From Fibrobacteria bacterium (GTDB taxonomy: Bacteria; Fibrobacterota; Fibrobacteria; UBA11236), in the NCBI GenBank assembly GCA_050486505.1, contig JBJHDK010000005.1:20953-63718 (forward strand): 42,766 bases of DNA, written 5' to 3'. Each line of letters begins with the position of its first letter. Position 1 is the stretch's first letter. Positions 38,576-42,766 of the stretch are shown one piece after another. Under the pieces are notes generated by a model. That model saw only the letters and a program-made list of their open reading frames with translations. It was not told the DNA's origin and made no database searches. The position numbers were made by a program, and so were the translations under genes.

Positions 38576-38777
38576 CGAAAGGCCACCGGGTATATGAATC
38601 TTGAACATGAATCCTCCTTCTCGATCGGGTGAGATTTCAAGAATATGACAGAATGTCTTGATTCGGGAAGTCGCTTACACTTTGGAACAATCAAGTGCCT
38701 GAACCACACAGCACAAAAAGCAGGCGAAATGGCGATCCAATCCCGCCTGATGGCCAAAAATCCCTAACTTTGCCCCC

Positions 38778-40109
38778 ATGACCGTACTCGCCGGCTGGGG
38801 TCGCCACCCCTCCGTCAACGCCGTAGGGGCCGCCCCCCGGGCTCCCGGTGAGGTCGCATCCTGCCTCCCCGCCCTCCCCCGCGGCCTGGGCCGCAGCTAC
38901 GGCGACGCCTCCCTGCCCGTCCCGGGCACCCGCTATCTCGACACCCGTTGCCTCGATCGCTTCCTGTCCTTCGATGCCGACACCGGCGTCCTGGAAGCCG
39001 AAGCGGGCGTCTCCCTGCGCGCCATCCTCGACACCCTGCTGCCGCGCGGATGGTTCCTCCCCGTGACCCCGGGGACGCAATGGGTCACGCTGGGCGGGGC
39101 TGTGGCCAGCAACGTGCACGGCAAGAACCACCATCACAGCGGATCCATCGAACATTTCGTCGAGGCCCTGGAAGTCGTCACCCCCGCAGGTGCCTTGCGC
39201 TGCGGTCCCCATGAAAACCCTGACCTTTTCCGCGCGACGGTGGGCGGCTACAGCCTCACCGGGCTGATCACGCGCGTGCGCCTGCGCATGAAGCGCGTCG
39301 CGTCTTCGCGGATCCGCACCCGCGGCCTGCGTCGCCCCGACCTCGCGGGCCTTTTCGAAGCTTTCCGAGAGCACGACGCGGGCTACGAATACTCGGTGGC
39401 TTGGGTCGATACCCTGGCGCGCAGCCGGAGCCTCGGCAGGGGCGTGCTCCTGTTGGGCGACCACGCGGAGACCGGCGAGCTCCGGGCCCCGAACGAAGCG
39501 GCGCCCGTGAAGAAAACCCGCCACACCCTCTTCGACGTTCCCTTCCCCGCCCCGGCGGGCATCCTGCAGCCTTGGGCGCTGCGGGCGTTCAACGCGTCTT
39601 ATTACCACATTCCGCGTTCCGGGGAGGAAAAGACCGCGAACTACGAGGGGTTCTTCTACCCGCTCGACATCATCGGGAACTGGAACCGCATGTACGGCCC
39701 GCGCGGATTCTTCCAGTACCAGTGCGTCATTCCCGATCCGCACGGAGAAGTCGGCGTGGAAACATGCCTGCGCTTTCTCGCGCGTCACGGCATGGGGTCT
39801 TTTCTCGCGGTGCTCAAGCGCTGCGGCGACGACACCGTGATGCTTCCGTTTTGCCGGGGTGGTTACACGCTGGCGCTCGACATTCCCCATCGCGGCGAGG
39901 AAACATTGCGCCGCCTCGACGACCTCGACCGCATCGTGCTTGATTACGGAGGGCGCGTGTACCTGACCAAGGATGCGCGCATGTCGCCCGGAACTTTCCG
40001 CGCGATGTACCCGGAATGGCGGGAATGGATGAAAGTCGTGAAGCGCTTCAACCCCGAGGGCTTGGGCAGATCGCTGATGTCGGAGCGGTTGGGGATGTGG
40101 GAGAGTTAA
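38778..40109 (+). CDS. DprE1-like FAD-linked oxidase (polyprenyl-phosphoribose 2'-oxidase)
   Basis: LAGWGR, PRGLGRSYGDAS, FLPVTPGTQWVTLGGAVASNVHGKNHH, YSVAWVD, FFYPLD..NWNRMYGPRGFFQYQ, SFLAVLK, GGRVYLTKD. Confidence 0.9.
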   Translation: MTVLAGWGRHPSVNAVGAAPRAPGEVASCLPALPRGLGRSYGDASLPVPGTRYLDTRCLDRFLSFDADTGVLEAEAGVSLRAILDTLLPRGWFLPVTPGTQWVTLGGAVASNVHGKNHHHSGSIEHFVEALEVVTPAGALRCGPHENPDLFRATVGGYSLTGLITRVRLRMKRVASSRIRTRGLRRPDLAGLFEAFREHDAGYEYSVAWVDTLARSRSLGRGVLLLGDHAETGELRAPNEAAPVKKTRHTLFDVPFPAPAGILQPWALRAFNASYYHIPRSGEEKTANYEGFFYPLDIIGNWNRMYGPRGFFQYQCVIPDPHGEVGVETCLRFLARHGMGSFLAVLKRCGDDTVMLPFCRGGYTLALDIPHRGEETLRRLDDLDRIVLDYGGRVYLTKDARMSPGTFRAMYPEWREWMKVVKRFNPEGLGRSLMSERLGMWES

Positions 40110-40286
40110 TTACGAATTAAGAATTACGAATTAAGAATTGAGTCCCATGAGGTCGCGGAGCGAACGAATCATTAAGAATCGAGGGATGCTATGAACACGA
40201 CGATCGGCAATTCATCCACAATGTTCACGCATACTTCATGCAAGTACCGATCCCGTGCCCAATTCTTAACTCTTAATTCTTAATTC
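40110..40286. repeat. Inverted heptamer-array element B with nested 26-nt module on the minus strand
   Basis: Left arm TTACGAA TTAAGAA TTACGAA TTAAGAA...ATGAGGTCGCGGAGCGAACGAATCAT.TAAGAA. Right arm TTCTTAA CTCTTAA TTCTTAA. Confidence 0.8.
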
Positions 40287-40314
40287 TCCGCCATTAGCAC
40301 CGATTGGTCAAAAC

Positions 40315-41088
40315 ATGAATACTGCATCCAACCCGATCACTTCTTCCGGGTCCATCGCCGTCTTCGGCGCCACTTCGGGCATCGCGCGCGCGGTGGCGGC
40401 GGAGCTCGCGCGCCGCGGCCACGATCTCGTCCTGATCGGGCGCAACGAGGCCGCCCTGCAGGCCGAAGCCGCGGACCTTTCCGTGCGCTTCGGCAAAGCG
40501 TTCCCCGTTCTGGCCTGGGACTTGTACTCCCCCGGCCCGGGAGACCACGCCTCGCGCTTCGCGGAGCTGACCGCGCTCGCTCCCCTCGCCGGCGTCTTTC
40601 TGGCGGCAGGCGTGATGCCCGCGGAAAACGAGGCGCACACGCGGGCCGAAGCCACGCGCGCGATGTTCGGAACCAACCTCACCGAGGCCGTGGTCGTCCT
40701 GAACCTTTTCGCCGATCACTTCAAGGAAAAAAGGGGGGGCTTTCTGGCGGTGTTATCCTCGGTGTCGGGGGATCGGGCCCGGGCGAAGGTGAAAACCTAC
40801 GCAGCCTCGAAGGCGGGCCTCAGCGCCTACCTCGAGGGACTTCGCCATGCCCTGCATGCCCACGGCGTGCGCGTGTGCACCATCAAGCCGGGTCCCGTGC
40901 GCACACCGATGACTGCCGACTACAAGGGCCTCCCCTTCCTCCTCGCCGATCCCGAACCCGTGGCCCGCGCCATCGTCGACGGCGTTGAACGCGGACGCAA
41001 GGAAGTCTACGTCCCCGGCTGGTGGCGCTGGATCATGGCTGCCTTCCGGATGCTTCCGGACGCATTGTGGAGAAAAGTGCCGGGGTGA
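40315..41088 (+). CDS. DprE2-like short-chain dehydrogenase/reductase
   Basis: VFGATSGIA, LSSVSGDR.R....YAASKAG (YxxxK), IKPGPVRTPMT, VYVPGWWRWIM; located directly after the dprE1-like gene. Confidence 0.88.
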   Translation: MNTASNPITSSGSIAVFGATSGIARAVAAELARRGHDLVLIGRNEAALQAEAADLSVRFGKAFPVLAWDLYSPGPGDHASRFAELTALAPLAGVFLAAGVMPAENEAHTRAEATRAMFGTNLTEAVVVLNLFADHFKEKRGGFLAVLSSVSGDRARAKVKTYAASKAGLSAYLEGLRHALHAHGVRVCTIKPGPVRTPMTADYKGLPFLLADPEPVARAIVDGVERGRKEVYVPGWWRWIMAAFRMLPDALWRKVPG

Positions 41089-41091
41089 GGG

Positions 41092-41236
41092 GAGTTATGA
41101 GTTATGAGAGAAGAAAAGGGAGATCGCAAGCGATGAGATGCAATTTTCCCCTGGCCTCCCCGACTTTGGACGCGAACAACGCACTCTTCATGGCATACGA
41201 CACACTCTTAACTCGACACTCGTAACTCGACACTTA
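41092..41236. repeat. Inverted heptamer-array element C
   Basis: Left arm GAG TTATGAG TTATGAG. Right arm CTCTTAA CTCGACA CTCGTAA CTCGACA. Confidence 0.7.
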
Positions 41237-41248
41237 TCTGGAGTCTCC

Positions 41249-42121
41249 ATGGCAGCTGCGCTTTCACTCCTCTCCCTCCTTCGTCCGCAACAGTGGGTCA
41301 AGAACACGCTGGTGCTGGCCGGCGTCTTCTTTGCCTGGGAGATCATGGTCTGGGACAGCGTCTTGCGCGCCCTCGTCGCCTTCGTCGCATTCTGTCTCGC
41401 CTCGAGCGCCGTCTACGTGCTCAATGATGCGATCGACGCCGAGGCGGACCGCACGCACCCGCGAAAGCGTCTTCGTCCCATCGCCTCGGGCGCGGTCTCC
41501 CTGCCGTCCGCCACGGCGCTGGGCCTTCTCTGCGCCGCCGGAGCCATCGCCCTCGCCCTGTGGGCAGGAACCGGGCTCCTTCTCGTTCTGGCCGCCTACG
41601 GCCTGATCAACGTCGCTTACTCCCGAGGCTTCAAGCACGTGGTTTTACTCGATGTGTTCTGCATCGCCGCGGGTTTCACCCTGCGCCTGCTCGCCGGAAC
41701 CTGGGGCATCGGGATCCCGCCCTCGAAATGGTTCGTGCTCTGCGCCTTTTTGCTCAGCCTCTTCCTCGGGTTCTCGAAGCGCTATGCCGAGCGCATCGAC
41801 GCGACGCAGGAGGCGTCCCTCAAGCGTGCCGTGGTGGAGGAGTACTCCCCGGAATTCCTGCGTACCCTGCTCGCTGTCACGCTGGCCTGCACTTTGATGA
41901 CCTACGGGCTCTACACGATGAACCCGGAAACCGTCGCGGTCCACGGCACCGAACGCCTGGTGTACACCCTCCCGTTCGCCGCCTTCGCCATGTTCCGTTA
42001 CCTCTACCTCGTGATGCGCAAGGGCTTCGGCGAAAACCTTTCGGGCGAACTCGTGCGCGACAAGGGTATGCTGGCCGGGATCGTGGCGTATTTGGCTGTC
42101 ACGGCCGCGGTGTTGGTGTGA
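41249..42121 (+). CDS. UbiA-family decaprenyl/polyprenyl-phosphate phosphoribosyltransferase
   Basis: LLRPQQWVKNTLV, SSAVYVLND..D.EADR.HPRKRLRPIASG, AYSRGFKHVVLLDV, FLGFSKRYAE. GGAG before ATG 41249. Confidence 0.92.
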   Translation: MAAALSLLSLLRPQQWVKNTLVLAGVFFAWEIMVWDSVLRALVAFVAFCLASSAVYVLNDAIDAEADRTHPRKRLRPIASGAVSLPSATALGLLCAAGAIALALWAGTGLLLVLAAYGLINVAYSRGFKHVVLLDVFCIAAGFTLRLLAGTWGIGIPPSKWFVLCAFLLSLFLGFSKRYAERIDATQEASLKRAVVEEYSPEFLRTLLAVTLACTLMTYGLYTMNPETVAVHGTERLVYTLPFAAFAMFRYLYLVMRKGFGENLSGELVRDKGMLAGIVAYLAVTAAVLV

Positions 42122-42125
42122 TACA

Positions 42126-42331
42126 GTTTCGAGTTACGAGTGGCGAGTGAGAGAAAGAGACAGTGCTCTGAACTACCGAAAAGGCCTGGATTCTGATTAG
42201 AACGCCTTGATACGATTCGATACTTGCAACCAGCGTGTATACGCCCGTAATGCCACATCATTTGAAGTACACACCTTTGCTATTCATCGGGCCTGCACGT
42301 GTTTCACTCGTAACTCGTAACTTGTAATTCT
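42126..42331. repeat. Inverted heptamer-array element D
   Basis: Left arm TTTCGAG TTACGAG TGGCGAG. Right arm CTCGTAA CTCGTAA CTTGTAA TTC. Core about 155 bp and AT-richer than the genes. Confidence 0.75.
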
Positions 42332-42343
42332 TACCTTCCCCCC

Positions 42344-42766
42344 GTGACACCCCCGAATCAACTCGACGCCCTGATCATCGGCTCCGGGCCCAACGGGCTC
42401 GCTGCGGCGATCACGCTGGCGCGCGCGGGGCTCTCGGTGCATGTGGTCGAGGCGCGCGCCACCGCGGGCGGCGGGACACGCACCGCCGAGCTGACGCTCC
42501 CGGGGTTCCGGCACGACGTCTGTTCAGCGGTACATCCCCTTGCGCTGGCCTCGCCCTTCTTCAGTGGGCTCGACCCCGCCGCCCTCGGCGTCGAGTGGGT
42601 GGTTCCCCCCGTGTCGCTCGCCCACCCGCTCGATGGCGGGATCGCCGCGCACGCCGCGCTCGTGTCCCCCTCCGTCGAGGAAACGGCCGCGGGCCTGGGA
42701 AGGGACGGCGCCAACTGGAGGCGGCTCTTCGGACACCTCGTCCCCAATCACCGCAAGGTGATCGAC
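42344..42766 (+). CDS. Phytoene dehydrogenase-like NAD(P)/FAD-dependent oxidoreductase (5' part; runs off the window)
   Basis: My translation from GTG 42344: [73 protein letters not shown]. Missing from the ORF track because it has no stop in the window. Confidence 0.88.
   Translation, partial: MTPPNQLDALIIGSGPNGLAAAITLARAGLSVHVVEARATAGGGTRTAELTLPGFRHDVCSAVHPLALASPFFSGLDPAALGVEWVVPPVSLAHPLDGGIAAHAALVSPSVEETAAGLGRDGANWRRLFGHLVPNHRKVID

Overview
High-GC bacterial chromosomal window. The 16S rRNA resembles Fibrobacterota (FCB group) sequences by my recall; this needs a SILVA/GTDB check. In order, it contains: a RibD-like fragment running in frame into a geranylgeranyl-reductase-family gene; dsrE-family gene; xylA; a six-gene TtpB/TtpC/ExbB/ExbD/TonB/TPR energiser operon; a divergent Wzx/Wzy-type polysaccharide locus (GT4-GT4 fusion, GT2, SLBB export protein, Wzz-like, Wzy/ligase-like, GT4, methyltransferase, flippase); tRNA-Thr(CGT); a CMAH-like MBL-fold protein; DUF1015; a DinB-like gene; dusA; an MFS transporter; yceI; xth; an S8 peptidase; a sensor-less sigma54 activator; hemH; a complete 16S-23S-5S operon; a small lipoprotein; a dprE1/dprE2/ubiA-like set (polyprenyl-P-arabinose synthesis); and a partial phytoene-dehydrogenase-like gene. 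The most unusual signal is non-coding, a layered family of small repeats. (i) Five intergenic elements are bounded by inverted arrays of 7-mers. (ii) GTAG-type REP palindromes occur several times: two bracket the DinB-like gene as 61-62 bp direct repeats and one sits inside a reading frame. (iii) A 26-28 nt hairpin module, ATGATTCGTT(C/A)GC-n-GCGACCTCAT, is nested inside both kinds of repeat. Several genes also look leaderless (TAnnnT 6-9 nt before the start codon). No transposase, integrase or CRISPR array was seen. All product calls come from motif recognition by eye, not database searches.
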